Source of the DNA: Lingula anatina
Taxonomy: Eukaryota > Animalia > Brachiopoda
Length of the DNA: 64,000 bases
Reading direction: 5' to 3'
NCBI GenBank assembly: GCA_051362555.1
Contig: CM120641.1
Coordinates: forward strand, 9,176,001-9,240,000
Position numbers and translations under genes: made by a program. This document shows, piece by piece, positions 39,201 through 53,500 of this stretch (position 1 is its first letter; the number at the start of each line of letters is the position of its first letter). Under the pieces are notes generated by a model. The model ran no database searches and was not told the DNA's origin. It was given only the letters and a program-made list of their open reading frames with translations.

Positions 39201-42200
39201 TATCTCCCAAACTGAAGGAATTATGGGAAAAATTAATATAGAAGTCTGACCGAAAGTCACATATGAGGATTCCAAATATGCCCTTGGATTTGACCTTTGA
39301 CCTTTATTTCAAGGTCAAACAGGCCAAAATTTTCAAAAAAAGGGAATTTTTTACGAAAAAAAAATTATTTGTGCTGATATTCAGAAACTACGCAGACCTA
39401 ACCTCTAATATTTTTGGTAGTTGTTACCCTTCAGGTTATCTTTCATCTCTGTGAGTTTCGAGTCAATCGATGCATTTTCACGGGAGCAGCGGCCATTAGA
39501 TGCTGAAACATAAAACTCTCTCTAATTCTGGAGTCGTTAATGCTAGAGACCTCTTGTTTTTTGCATTTGATAGAGCATGTCAAGCCCAACACTGGAAGTG
39601 GTCTCCGTTTTTTTGTTTTCCATACGGTTCACGAGTTATGCTGTATCAAAAAGTACATTCCTACTTTTCACCATTAACTGAAGTTTGAAAATTTTTAGTC
39701 TCTTATATCTCCAAAACTAGAAGAGTTGGGTCAATAGTTACTATTGAAGTTGAATAGGAAGTCATATACTGGCAATTTAACTGTGACCTTGAAATTGACC
39801 TTTGACCTACTTTTCACCATGGACTGAACTCTGCAACTTTTTTCAGTGCTTATACTTTCAAAACTGGCAAAGATATGCCCATAGTTAGTACCACCAGTGT
39901 GTAAGCTGGGGGTATTTGTGGTTTTAGTACCAACCCATATCGTACGGCTCCGCAGGGTGGCGTGGGATAAAAGGCACCATAACCAATTATCCTCCTAGAT
40001 CGCAAAAAAGGGAATTTCTGCAAAAAGATATTTGTTTGTGCCAATGTTCAGAAACTAAGCAGACCTTAGCTCTCATATTATACTGAGGGGTTACAATTGC
40101 AGACTGCTTTAATGTGTGGAAGTTCGGGGTCAATCGGTGCATTTTCATGGGAAAAGCAGCCATTAGATGCCAAAACTGAAAAAAAAAAAAAAAAAAACAC
40201 CTTGTTTACTACATTTCCTGCAGCTTGTCACCCACAACCATACAGGTGGGGCCCCACTTTCTTTTTCTTTCCCATACAAATGCGCTTACCCCAGCTGGTG
40301 GTACAATATCAGGAGGCGGTATCGCCTCTCTGATCCTCTAGTTTTCCTTTAAAATGTAAACATGAAATAAGATGTCATAGCTTGTTGCAATAGTACAGGC
40401 CTTGTATGTGATAAAGTTCATAGTTATTGTACTGTGTTTTAATGTAGAAATATATTTAAATTTTCATTGATACTAGATAGGCATAATAATATTTCCATTT
40501 TTAACAACAGCAAGCACATTATTTCTCTAGAGACAGTAGTTCTTTCAAGATTCAGGTTATTATCATCAAACATTATCTTTGTTTAATATAAGAGACAAGT
40601 AACATTGCAGCTGATAAAGTTGTATCATTATGTGTCAGAGGGTTCTTGATGAAGGAATATGATAAGTACAAGGTGGTTTTTATAACTTCTGTAGTTGAAA
40701 ATTTGGTGATACTTGGTGCCATTCTGAAAGGTGACATTGGTAACATTTGATTATATTCATGCGTTGCAGATAAACCAAGTGCAGATTGAAAAGTACTTTA
40801 TGAAGCATGAGTATAAGTAATATTCAGAAGACGGTGGCATACTGTAACCCAAATTGTGCTTAATAATGGTGACTTAAGTTGCTCTTGACTTGTGATAGTC
40901 AAAAGAATCTTTTTGGGTACGTGCATCTACTTAACTAGTAACCTAGTAAGGGTTAAATAGTTTAACTTGACTGGATTTGTCCTTGATTGAGCTGTGATAT
41001 CATTGTAGGATCAAGAGAGTGAGGGTGCCAAAGCTTTTCTGGAGACTGCTGCCTCAATGGATGATGTCGTCTTTGGAATCACCAGCGATGATGCTGTCTT
41101 TACTGACCTTAAAGTAGAGAAAGATAATGTTGTTTTGTTTAAAAAGGTAAGAATTATCATATTGGCTGTTGCTAAGTGTAAAGAAAAATAATTGTGATAA
41201 ACTGAAATTTGTTATGCTGGTATAAAGCAACAGTTTGCTGATCTCCTCTCTTGTCTTTTGAAATTACTTGACTCCCTATTTAACAAATGGTTCACACTTT
41301 CAAATTTTTGCACCAAATTTGGTTCTCCTGTATATAAAGATATGTAATGCAAGTGAAATTTTGCAGATATGTTTTTCAATCATTAATTTATTTTGTTGTT
41401 GTCTCAGTTTGACGAAGGTCGCAATAACTTTGAAGGTGAACTGAAAGCAGAAGCCATCAAGACCTTCATCCAGGGCAACCAACTCCCTCTGGTCGTCGAA
41501 TTCACACAGGAAGTAAGTAACCTGTCATTGTTTGGAAAGTAATTTAATAGTTGTTTATTGTATAACTTAATCTGAAGACAAAATTAAGGAGTTTACTGGA
41601 AAATATTTGAAGCGTTAGATCAGTCTGGTCGAATATTTTTAAATCTGTGGTTTCCATCACAATGTTGTGTTCTATAAGCAGGAGGATGTAATTTCATAAA
41701 TCAAATTGAATGCATATTTTATTATGTCTTTCATCCTTTTTTTAGTCTGCACAAAAGATCTTTGGTGGGGAAATAAAGAACCATATCCTTATGTTCATCA
41801 ACAAGAAGGCTGGAGACTTTGGACAGAAGTTAGAAGAGTTTAGGGAAGCAGCATCTGGTTTCAAGGGGAAGGTACCTAGTTCTGATCATATATCTATCTG
41901 TATTTTGCTTTGTGTTTTGGTCTTATTCAGATAGGTTCTGATATTTTTGATTTCTCTTACATATATAGGAATCATATTTAAGGTTTTGTCTTTCAGTTGT
42001 TTACATGTTAGGCTTGAGAAAATAAAATTTGTCGAGTGTCCTTTCAACAGTTCATAGCAAAATAATAATAACTAATACAGTTACAGTATTATCTCAAGTT
42101 GAGGAAAAATTGTATGAAATTCAAATGAATTTTTAACAGGTCCTTTTCATCTGGATTGATACAGACCAAGATGATAATGTTAGAATCCTGGAATTCTTTG

Positions 42201-45200
42201 GTTTGACTACTGCTGATGTGCCAGCTATCCGTCTTATCTCCCTTGGTGATGATATGGTCAAATACAAGCCAGCTGACCGTAATATGGACAGAGATACTGT
42301 CAAGACATTTGTTCAAGACTTTTTGGATGGCAAACTTAAGGTAATTAGGTTTTAAGGAAAAAATTATGCAGATGCATTTTTTTAATTGTGAATTTTGAAA
42401 TAACTTGTAGATCCAAGAAATAACATTGAGTTGAAGCCATCTGATAAAAGGGAATCTCTCAGTAAATCAATCAACCAAACACCTGCAGTTCTTTTTAAGT
42501 AAAATAAAGATAATAACTAACTACAATATGATGGATATTTTCTTACTTTGGCCAAAATATATTTATTTACTTTTTTTTTAGCCTCATTTGATGTCTGAGG
42601 AAGTGCCAGAGGATTGGGACAAAAACCCAGTCAAGGTTCTTGTAGGATCCAACTTTGCAGAGGTTGCCAAAGATAAGACAAAGGGCGTTTTTGTTGAATT
42701 CTGTAAGTATTTGGTCTCATTCACCTCTCATTTTAAGCATTGGATAAATTAAGTAATTGGTGTCTATAAGTATTTGATGAAATGCATGTTTGTAGTGATA
42801 ATAATTAGATATATTAGCAAAAAGAATGATAGAGTATGTACAACGATACTTGATTTGTATTTTTAAAAATTATTTTTATTGGTCTCTAAATCTTGAATGC
42901 CACAACTATTCTAGATGCCCCATGGTGCGGACACTGCAAACAGTTAGCTCCTATCTGGGACAAACTAGGAGAACATTTCAAGGATAATGCTGATGTTGTA
43001 GTAGCAAAGATGGATTCCACCAAGAATGAGTTGGAAGACATCAAAATTCAGAGTTTCCCAACTCTTAAATACTTCCCTAAGGATAGTGATGAGGTGAGCA
43101 AAAGAAAAAAATGAAAAAAAAAATGGCTATAATTTGACTTTTTTTTTTTTTTTTTTTCAAAATTTGTTGTATGCAGTAAGATGTTAAGTGATTTGTTTTT
43201 CATTAAATTGTAGTAACAGGGATGAACTTTCACTGTTCTTCACTTAGTCTACATTTAAATGCCTTATTTGAAAATTAAAGTGTATTGTCAGATTTATTAA
43301 TTAAATTTTGTGTGTTAGGTTGTTGATTATTCTGGGGAACGAACATTAGAAGCCCTCACTAAATTCCTTGAAAGTGGTGGCAAGGAAGGCAATGGCCCAA
43401 CTGAAGAGGTAAGAATAAGTCACTGTTACCATATACAAAAAACATGCTGCTGGGGTTTGACCACATAAACTAGTGTTGCAGGCAAGGTGATGACAGTAAT
43501 CTGAATTAATGTGGGATAAAAATCATACAATTACATTTTAATTTACATCCTCTAAATTTCAATACCACAGTTAATAGGTATGGTGATTCAATCCCACTAG
43601 TAATTTGTCTTACTGACACCCCATTGCCACTGGAATTGCATGTACATCAAAGCAACAACTGGATTATAAAGCAGTCTTTGGCAAATGTCAATTAATTGTA
43701 ATCTATAGTAGTAGGTAATTGGTTCTATATTTTAAATTATTATAGTTGCTATACAGAATAAATAAAGAAATTGCAAATAGGTAGTTTTTTTTTGTTTTTT
43801 TGTTTCAAGTTACAAGTGTAAATTGTCAATTTTTCTCTGCAATAGCTTATTCCACTTAATGGTGATGGAGGCATTTTTAAGGATTATGAGTAGCCTGTGC
43901 TCTTCATTTAAATAACAAAAATTTGCCTTTAGGAATCTGAGGAGGAGGAGGATGGTGAAGAATTATCGGTGGGTCCTGCCGACACTTCTGTGCACTTACC
44001 TACTAACACTTTCTGTTGTTTGAAACTTGTTTCTTTTGGTGGTGTTTGGTTCCTTTTGTTGACTGTTCAATTTATAATAATTTTCTCACCTTTTCTGTTG
44101 GCATGCATGTTTTGGATGTTATGTGGTAGAGTAAAGCTAGGAAATAATACTAATGTCATAGTAGTGTACAAGTATTTTTTTTGCATATGCTATTCCCTTT
44201 GACAACCACTTTTTCTCTTTAAAGTCAGTATTAAAAGAAAGCATTTTCTCTTTAGGCTTTCTTTTTAATTTCATTGTCTTCTTTGATTCGTCCTCTATTT
44301 TTTGGGGGCGCCTTTGCTTCATAACACTAAAGTTTGCTACTTGTTGACCCCAACACTTGGCCTACATTCAGTATTTTGAGTGCCTTTCATTGTTCTCCTT
44401 TTGGACTGCTGAAAGTTTTACCATTTTCCAACTGACTGTTCTGCTTGGCTCACAGTTTACAAGATAATGCCTGAAAGCTGACCAGCTTTAGTTTTGCACT
44501 TTGAATACAGTAACTACGATTGTTTGATGTAACATTGTCCTTGTTATCATCAATCAGGAGTTAGCTGCTCAAGAAGAAATGCTCAAAGACCTTGATGGGC
44601 AGGATGTAGATGAACAAATTGATGAAGAGTTCGAGGTTGGATTGGCATAAAAAAATTTCAGTTTTGAAAAGTTTGGCCATTATCCTTCTTAAAGATTTTT
44701 TTGATAACGTTTCATTTTGATGCCCTCCCTTGTGAATTTAACACATTGCATATATTTTCCATTTAGATACAATAAATGTGAAATATAGGAGTGTTGACCA
44801 AGTTGTCAATAATACATAAGCAATGCATTTTAGTCTACCATTATGTTGTCATCTTTCTTTTTTATGTGCACACTATTAGGTGTTTTCAGTGCATGAGAAT
44901 CTACACTTTTGCATGCTTATTGTTTGTGCATTCTGTGTGATTTGTCTCCAGCATGTTAAATACTTAAGATTTTCTCAAATAAAGAATCACTGTTCCATAC
45001 AGTTGTGGCATGGTGGATACCTCATGGTGACATGAATTTTTCTAAAATAAGCAAAAATGGATTTTCTTCAGTTCCATTTTAGATGAAATAGTATTAATAA
45101 AATATAGTTTTTATAAATTTCATCCATTTACGTATAAATCCTAAAAATACTAATATTTTAAATTTATCTTTAGCCTGAAGAGCAAGAGGAACTTGAGAAG

Positions 45201-45251
45201 CAAGCTGAGGGTGAAGCAAAGAAAGAAGAAGCCAAGAAGGATGAGTTGTAA
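36219..45251 (+). CDS. P4HB: Protein disulfide-isomerase (PDIA1)
   Basis: Exons 36219-36363, 38329-38526, 38740-38873, 41009-41146, 41408-41512, 41746-41871, 42140-42340, 42582-42702, 42915-43093, 43319-43408, 43933-43968, 44558-44635 and 45174-45251. The protein has a signal peptide ([17 protein letters not shown]), two [11 protein letters not shown] thioredoxin sites, an a-b-b'-a' layout, an acidic tail and C-terminal KDEL*. Confidence 0.96.
38894..40342 (+). mobile_element. Helentron-associated (HINE) composite element in PDI intron 3, with two 5' modules
   Basis: 5' subTIR GTACCACCAGC with a nearby inverted copy and a (GCTCCGCCG)-type microsatellite; internal TGACCTTTGACC repeats; a second 5' module at ~39884; 3' subTIR GCTGGTGGTAC (40294), hairpin ATCAGGAGGCG-GTAT-CGCCTCTCTGAT and terminal CTAGT. 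Confidence 0.8.
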
Positions 45252-46369
45252 TCAAACAATTATTCCAATAGTATGAGATGTATATAGTCACAACCAGGCA
45301 AAACAGTACTATACCTTGATTGGCTCAAAACAAGTTGTGATGTAGTTATGCCATATTTCCCATCATAATGGTGCTACAGTGTGTGCAGTAAAATGCTGAA
45401 TTCTGTATTGCCTTGGTAACTTGCCTTTAAAATGGACGACTTGGATGAGTTCGAATCTGAGTATACCATCTAATTGATTGTGTGAGGTAACTCACATTTT
45501 ATTATCTCTGTTGTAAAAAGACCAGACCTTCAGCTTATATTGTATGAAATACACCAACAACTTGTTGCAAGTCATCCAGTAAATGAAAGCTTTGAACCAT
45601 TCTTGGATACCAAGGCCTGCTTTATACCAAAAGTCACACCTTTAGGAATATAGTTATATATAGATTAATGCTGTTATTAAAAAACAGATATTACAAATGC
45701 ATTATGTGAAACTTATTTATAGTTAAAATGATACATTTAATAAATGGTTACATCTGTTCATGTCTTCAACTATTAGAGATTATTTTTTTAACTCAGAAAA
45801 CTAATGTTTTCTGCGTTGCTTATTGCAAAGTTGAATTTTGCTATTGTAAGAATTCCAAGTTTTATTTAGTTGGATTTTTACTTTTACAGTACATTCAGAC
45901 ATTTTCAGCCACAAGTCCATTATGTTAAGGACCATGTGCATTCTGTAATAAGTACTCTTTACAGAAAGTTCAAATAAAATAATAATTTAAAGAGTGTTAT
46001 TTTATTTCATTTACTTTATATTTAGTGCAAGTGCCCTGACCTTTGGAATTGCGAAAGGGGCTCATTGAAATCCAAGAAAATGCAACAGTCATATTGCAAT
46101 GACCAGAGCCACAGCATAATTTAATTAAATCCTATTAAATATTATGAAGACATAAGCTTGGATTATGAAAAAAATGACAGAAATCAAATATAATTGATAA
46201 GCCATGCCACTGGTGTGTCAAAATTGCACAACTGACCCCATCTCCCCCCCCCCCAAAAAAAAACAAAACAAAACAATGAACAGCAAGCACTCCTTAACAG
46301 TTTATCATGTTCACCACAACTGCTTGCCATTGTATGATGGTGAAAGCACAAATAACTTGGTAATATTAA

Positions 46370-47345
46370 AGACAGTCTCAGTGGGTTAGATTAATGTATA
46401 GAAGCAGGTTCTATGTAAAACTTTGGTCAGATTTGTGTTTTGTGAGATTGTTTATTATTATATTAATAAGTCTGGGTCACAAAAGTTCTGTTAAGACAAC
46501 TAGAATAAAAAATTAGAAAACGAAAACTATTTATCATGATTTCGGAGCACAGCCGGAAGTACCTCCGGCTCAAGGTCACGACCTCGATTTCCCACGCTTA
46601 CGACCAATCACAGCAGGCTTCAGTCAGAATGAGAAAGACGTCACGACTACAGAGCGAAACTTGTCAGACATGTAAATGCCGCCTGTCCACCTTTTCGGTA
46701 CATGTACCGATCAAAAACAGAAAACGTAAAGCCCAAAACGCTCTTATACACGTAACCAACTTTGAATGAGCACAAATATTGTCATTTATTGTGAACAGGA
46801 TAATATGATAATGAGACACACTTGAGACCTGTGAAGCGCATACTCACGTGTCGAGGAGTAGTTTCGCCATTGCCTCCTAACTCAGCTTTAAGTGTCTTCC
46901 ACCGCCCCACCTCCCTCCCAACATACACAGTCTGAGTGCTTCTTCGTCTGTCTCTAATTTTCTTTTGTATCTTTTGAACTGGAGTGGCTATTTTCTTTCC
47001 TTCCCTTTTCTCGCTCTCCTCTTCAGACTTGACGCGCGTCTCCATGTTTGCTGTTTTGGCGCCAAATAGTAACATCCGGGTCTCAGCCGTAGTACTTCAT
47101 TCATAGTAAACCGCGAGACTTAGCGAGAAATTGCGCGTTCTGAAGCCGTACTGTGAGGTGGTAGCTGAGTATTTAAGACGAGTCGTCTTTTATTATTTAA
47201 TGGAACTTAAAAACGGTATAAGGTAGCTTCATTTTCTGAACGGTTTTGGATAGGATATACCTTGGTCATTATGGGGAAATTGGTGAGATTTTCAGGAAAA
47301 TTCATTTTCGTGCTATTTTAAGGGTTTAACGCGCTGAGACTGTCT
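46370..47345 (-). mobile_element. Non-autonomous DNA transposon with TTAA TSD (Kolobok-like)
   Basis: TTAA|AGACAGTCTCAG ... CTGAGACTGTCT|TTAA. The AG..CT termini fit Kolobok better than piggyBac (CC..GG). The interior is CpG-rich and holds a short basic ORF 46782-47075 (KIRDRRRSTQTVYVGREVGRWKTLKAELG). Confidence 0.8.
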
Positions 47346-47583
47346 TTAACCATTCCTTCATCTTTCAAAACGCAGATGCCCCATTTGTCAATTAAAAAAA
47401 ATAATTGCACTGCATGCTTAAACTGGTTTTGTTACAAGTGAAGTCATTCTGTAGACCTTTTAACAGAAGGTAAAAATAATTTTGATGAATTTGTGCAGTG
47501 CCAACAAAGTTAACTGCTGCTAGTTTTGAAAGCACATGCATCAAATTGAATGCCATTTATTTTATTGTTTCCTGTCTGCGACA

Positions 47584-50500
47584 CTAGGATGACTTGATCA
47601 CTAGAGGGTTGTTAACACGAAATATCTGTGGTAGCATGTTGCTGAAGGCATGGAACATGTCCTCTGATAGTTCCTGCAATAAAATATTCAAAGTTAATTG
47701 CTTAAAAAAAAAAAAAAAGACTTCACATTGCAGCGATGGTACTTTTGGTACATACTTACATGCACTGCAAGGTTATGGCAAGGTAATGAATCTTCTTAAT
47801 TTCTCTTCTGTGCAGACAGTTTATGCTAAAGGATTTGCAGGTTCAATGTTGGAAAATACTACAGTACTGCTCAAGGGCAGAAGTGATATAAAACAAAATA
47901 TTACTGAGTCACTAAAATTAACACCATAAAATCTTCAAACTGATGAAATCCAGTGTCTAAAATACTTACTTTGGGTACTAAGAACTGTATTGTCTTTGAA
48001 CCAGAGTCTCCCCATGTGGCCATTTCCATCATGAAGCCTTTAACACATTTAAACACAAGCTCTGCTCTTTTCATACACCAGGGAATTGTCATTTCCTGAA
48101 ACACACATTCATATTAGTCGAATTTGACAATGAATACTTAAAAAGCTACCCAAATAGAATGGTTTAGATAATACACCTATTTTATTAAAAAATTAGAATC
48201 TATAACTGAATGATATGCATAAAAAGTCAGATAATTTAAAACATTCTATTATTTCCCATATTTATCAGTTCATACCTTTTTTAAATTCAAGATAATGCTT
48301 AGATGTAATTAGCAACTGGCAAAATTGTTAATGGTGCATGTAGTTAGAGACAGTCATAAATGGCAATTGGTTGTTCTATGCAGGCATAAACTTATTACAT
48401 ATTTACCTCTGACATTTCATGAGCCAGCAACAATGGGATGGTTAAAGTGGTCACATCATTTCTTGAGCAAACTTTTAATACGTTCCTTATGGCAAGGATC
48501 AAAGGGTGTCGCGATGAGATGTCTCCATTCTTTACTGAATCATCACTAACCAAGTGAAACACAACATGCACCTCAGACAAGTTGGAGTGCTTTGTGATAT
48601 AAAAATCTCCATTTTGCATTCTTTTCAGTTTTTCTTCGCCCTATGTAGCAAATTTGACAAAACCGACAATGTGAATATGAGCTCAAGTACATCATTAAAT
48701 TTAATTAAAATGCATTTTTATTCCACTTGTTAAATTATTTGCCATTTTGACTACCATTTTCTGAAATCCAATGACTAAATATTCAAATTGACCAATGAGC
48801 AAGGAATCAGTTAAATATTCACATATAATATCATATTTACCTGTGTTTCACTGGACCCACTGCTTGAACTCTTCACACTTATACGGTCTCCATCTTCATT
48901 CAGTTTTCTCTCTGCTCGCCACTTATTTGCTTCTATTACACTTTCCTCTACATGCTGGAACTGACTTTCAAGATCAGGAAAGTGAAAGTCTGTAGAATTT
49001 TCACAGATTCTGGCAAAGTCTGCGAAGGATATAAGAAATGACGATTTTGTATTGTTGTTCTGCAAAAGTGATTAGTTAATCAAACTGCCTAACTTGTTAT
49101 AAATTAACTGTTCACACAAAATATTTAATTTATAATTTATCAGAATGATACCTTGAGAGTTAAGAGATAGTGGAGGGGACTGCTTTCTACACTTATGACT
49201 GACATGGTTGACCCCCCCCCCCCCCCCCAAGCTCCTATGCCCTAGGTATGTAATATACTTTCCAAATCTCTAATTAAGACACTGCCGACCAATGACACAG
49301 TGCACAAAATCATGGGGAGTTATCAGTAACTCAGACTAGCCTATTAAAAGAGAGGATGATGACCCACACTTTAGTTGCATTAGTTGCCATAGAAATGTGC
49401 AGAACTGCTCCTAAAACAATGTGAATGCTGCAACAGCAAAATATAATCATAAGCTTGGTAAATGTCTACTTGTGTACTATGCAAAAGGCTTATTTTATAA
49501 TCATGACAACTAGAGACTAGAGAATAACATGTTTTTTACACGTTTTTATAAGTTACTTAACAAATGGTTGTGGTGTTTAATTAAGTGACTAGGTAAGGTC
49601 TTTTTAAAACAACAAAACCAGCAAGCTTGAGACTCCCACTTAGGCTAGAAAGTGCAGAGAAAAAGGCTTAACCTGTTTTGCTCTTTCCCAACATATAAAT
49701 GTACTGTTGCAATAAAACAATGGGAATACATGTCATACATTACCTCTCTTGATGCCTGTGTAAAAGTTGAGCCTATTGTCTACCAGTAGAATCAGACCAC
49801 ACAGATTGTTTGAATACAGAGACATGGCAGTCTGAAGCCTCTGAGGCTGAGGTACAATAAGTCCACTGAAACAAACAAAAAACTGTCAGGATTAACCCTT
49901 ACTCTTATTTTATAAAAAAGTTATCCAATTTTCTCTTGCAGTTCACAAATATTATAAGTTTAACTTTTAAATGTTAGGGTTGCTCACAATAAGTTTTAAA
50001 GTCATAAAACTATTTTGTCAATAGCAGATTCTTTGTCACTAACAGAAAACTTAAAAAGCATCAAAACTCCAAGATATGAAGATAAACGTTCTAAAGAATG
50101 TAAAAGCCTATCAGTTCTTACCCTAAATTGCTGATTCTGTGCCTGCACAGGTCCAAAACATCAGCACAAAGCAAGCGTAAGTTATGCATGGTTTTCAACT
50201 GAGCACCTGAGATAGATGGTGGAAAATTTCACCAAAATATATGCATACTGACATTAAACATTGTAAAATATTGCACACAAGTTAACATTGTAAATTATGA
50301 AATTACAATATTCTTTTTTCACTTATTGATAAATCTGAGAGAAATAGAGGTACACATACTAATAAGACAAAAATGCACAGTGAGACAAGGAACAAGGTCT
50401 CTAGGTGAACATGGACACAAAACCTGTTATATTACACACTCACATACACCTTCAATGTGGAGCTGAAGCTCCCTTATACAGTATAATTAAATCCAGCAAT

Positions 50501-53500
50501 AATTCACCACATATATTTAGTTTCAAGTTAAGACATACTTCAGATAAAACTATTTACCCAAGTGAACTGTAAAACTCTCTTCCAGTCTTGGTTCTGGAGG
50601 CATGGGACCAACATCTGTCTGTGTGAGGCTGCTTCTGTCACTACTTGATCTGGACAAAGCTCGTACCTTTTGTCTAATAAAAATACATTTTTTACTATAA
50701 TATCACATTTAACCATTATATACTGTAACATTTGGCGATCAACCATTGTATACTGCTGTGTTTGACTAACAATAAAGAGTGGATCCTATATGTTGTCTTC
50801 ATTTCCAGTCATTCAGCTTCGAACACAAACAGGTGCCCAATGGTATAAAACATACAGCTTCATTTGTACAAGTTAGCAAGTGCAGAGCAAAGGTATGCAA
50901 ACTACTCACTAGATATGTGTTGGTAACACAGTGTGATTTTCCCACAGCTTAATCATTGACAACTTATCTTAGCTACAGCAAATAACATATTGGATATCTT
51001 TTCGCTATTATGGTTTTGACACAGGTCAGATCTAATGGTCTCAACTACAAAGTTTCAACATGTGAAGTCAAATAAAAAAAAAAACATAGAAGCCAAGGTG
51101 TATATTTTATATCTTACACATATGCAGGTGTTCCCTCTAGTCTTTTTGAAGAGTCTTCATACACTTTCATGACCCACTCTCTGTATTCCCTTTTTTGTTG
51201 ATTCTGCAGCTCTTTGAGTTCTTTGTTCCATTTCACTTCTAGTTCCTTAAAAACAAATGAGATGTTCTTATGATACGCATAATTACAAAACAATTTGTTG
51301 TTTTATTTGAGACCATTTTCCACTTTTGTCCATATTAATAAGGAGCAAAGGATTCCCATTACAATTGACACTATTTATATTTTCAAAGCATGTCAGCCAT
51401 TTCTTTTTACTTCATTTTATTTTGCTCAATGTAACATTTTCTGCCTTAATGCACTTCTTCAAATTTCCGAGGAAGAAAATATACAAATATGACCATAAAG
51501 CACAGAGAATGCATATAAAAATTGTGAATCTACCTGACTTTTTTCAAAGTGCTTCTGCGCTAGAATATTGACATGCTCATCAGTGTGCAACCTCACATCT
51601 TGCAGAGCTTGTTCCATTTCTTTGCCATGCCTGCAAAAAGTTTATTTGATAAGAATATGCTAGCTGTTAAGAGCACAGGGTGCAATACAATATACGTGAA
51701 AAGCCAGGGAGTGGCAGCATCATAATTTTTTTAAAGGGATGTAACAACTGTTTGTTTTAATCTGTCTGTATTGGTCAACATAATGATTTTCCCATACCTA
51801 CCAATGGTTAATTAATCCATTCTGACATTCAAAGTTAGTACTAGGTTTTTTCCTAAAAAATTGCTTTTTGTTATAATCTCTTAAGAGATTATTATGGAGG
51901 TATAGCCATCTAAGAAAGTCCATGACATTTGATGGCAAGCACAGATTCCAAAACAATTGGGATAACTGTTCTTTTGGTGGTTAAATGGGATTTAGTATAT
52001 TAAATTTTATTTAGTATATTTCAGTTGTTTACAATGTATTCTTTTGAAATATGAATTTCATACGAACAGAGAGAGAGTTATAGCAGCTGCTATATTTTCA
52101 CTATTTTGCCACTGTGCATTAATGAAGTTTAATGGTATCTTACTATGATGTATTCAGGTGTAACTTATACTTCATAAGATAGAAAACTGACGTCTTTATG
52201 TTATTTTCTACATTTGCTATGCTATGAACATTCAATAAACATATTTTTGCTTTCAACTGCACTTCAAAAATCTGATTGTGATTTTCTATTTTGTATTTCT
52301 ATTGTCAATCCTTACTTCTTCTCTGTGGTTTCCAATTCCCAATTTCGTGACCCAATGATCTCTTCCACAGCAATGGAGTACTGGTGCTCCAGATTGAACA
52401 GGGTTTCTAGGGCATCAGAGTGGATCAAGGCATGGTACACCTCAGAGAAGATCACTTCATCACTCGTCTCCTCAGGAGGTGAATACTGCTTGATTTCCTG
52501 AAACAAGGTTTGCAATTCATGTTAAAATTCTATCCCATTTGTAATCACCTTTGATCTTTTTTCTTGGATGTAAATGCCTATCACCAGCAAAGCTGTGCAC
52601 CATTTCTATGCCACTAAAAAGTCATTTTACCGTAAGAAGCTAAAAAAATCTGCAATCAGTGTTTTAATGTACAGATGTTTCCTCCATTTCTAAAGGCTGG
52701 GACTCTATCAATGCCAGAAGATGGGTAAAACCTGAAAATACTGAAGAAAGCTGAAGGGAAATCAATGCTATGGTCTCAGATTAAGTTTTTACCACCGTCT
52801 TGAGAAATCTGAATATCTCCGATACTGAAGCTCACATTAAGCAACTGACCGACATTGCAGTTTCAACCCAAGACCTTTCACATGGTAAATGTCCTGCATG
52901 GACTGGTCAAATGATCTATTGTCATACGGCCTTGAATAGTTTTCTATATTGTTGTTTAGATGATTCTTAATTTTATTCCATCATGTACAGCATAATGTTT
53001 CCGTTATGGAACCAATACTGCAACTGGAAAGCAGATAACTTTTTTTTCGCATCACAGTGTATGTCAGAGGTTCCAAAATCGTGAATGTGGGAGGATAAAT
53101 ACCCTTTTTTCAACTAGTCATGCATGTTGCACCACAATGCATCTGTGTATTTATCATTTTTGACTTGGTGAATGTGATAATTATCTCTTCAAAGCTTTTA
53201 TGTTTTTAGATAGTAATGGTATGTTGTTATGAAAATAATGGCATTATTAAAGAATATAACAATCTATTATTATTTGATTAAATCACATAAAAAGTAAGTG
53301 GAATAAAATCTATGAAAAAATAATAATAACCTTCACCTTCTTGCTCACAACATTTCTGATATAGTTGGACTAGCTTGGAAATTGTGTAAAACATCCAATC
53401 TTGTCCATTCAATTTGACTCCCTGCAACTTGAATCCTTTAAAACCCAGATGATGTTTACCTTGGTATAAGCCTTTGTCCATTGCCTTGCAAGTTCTTCAA

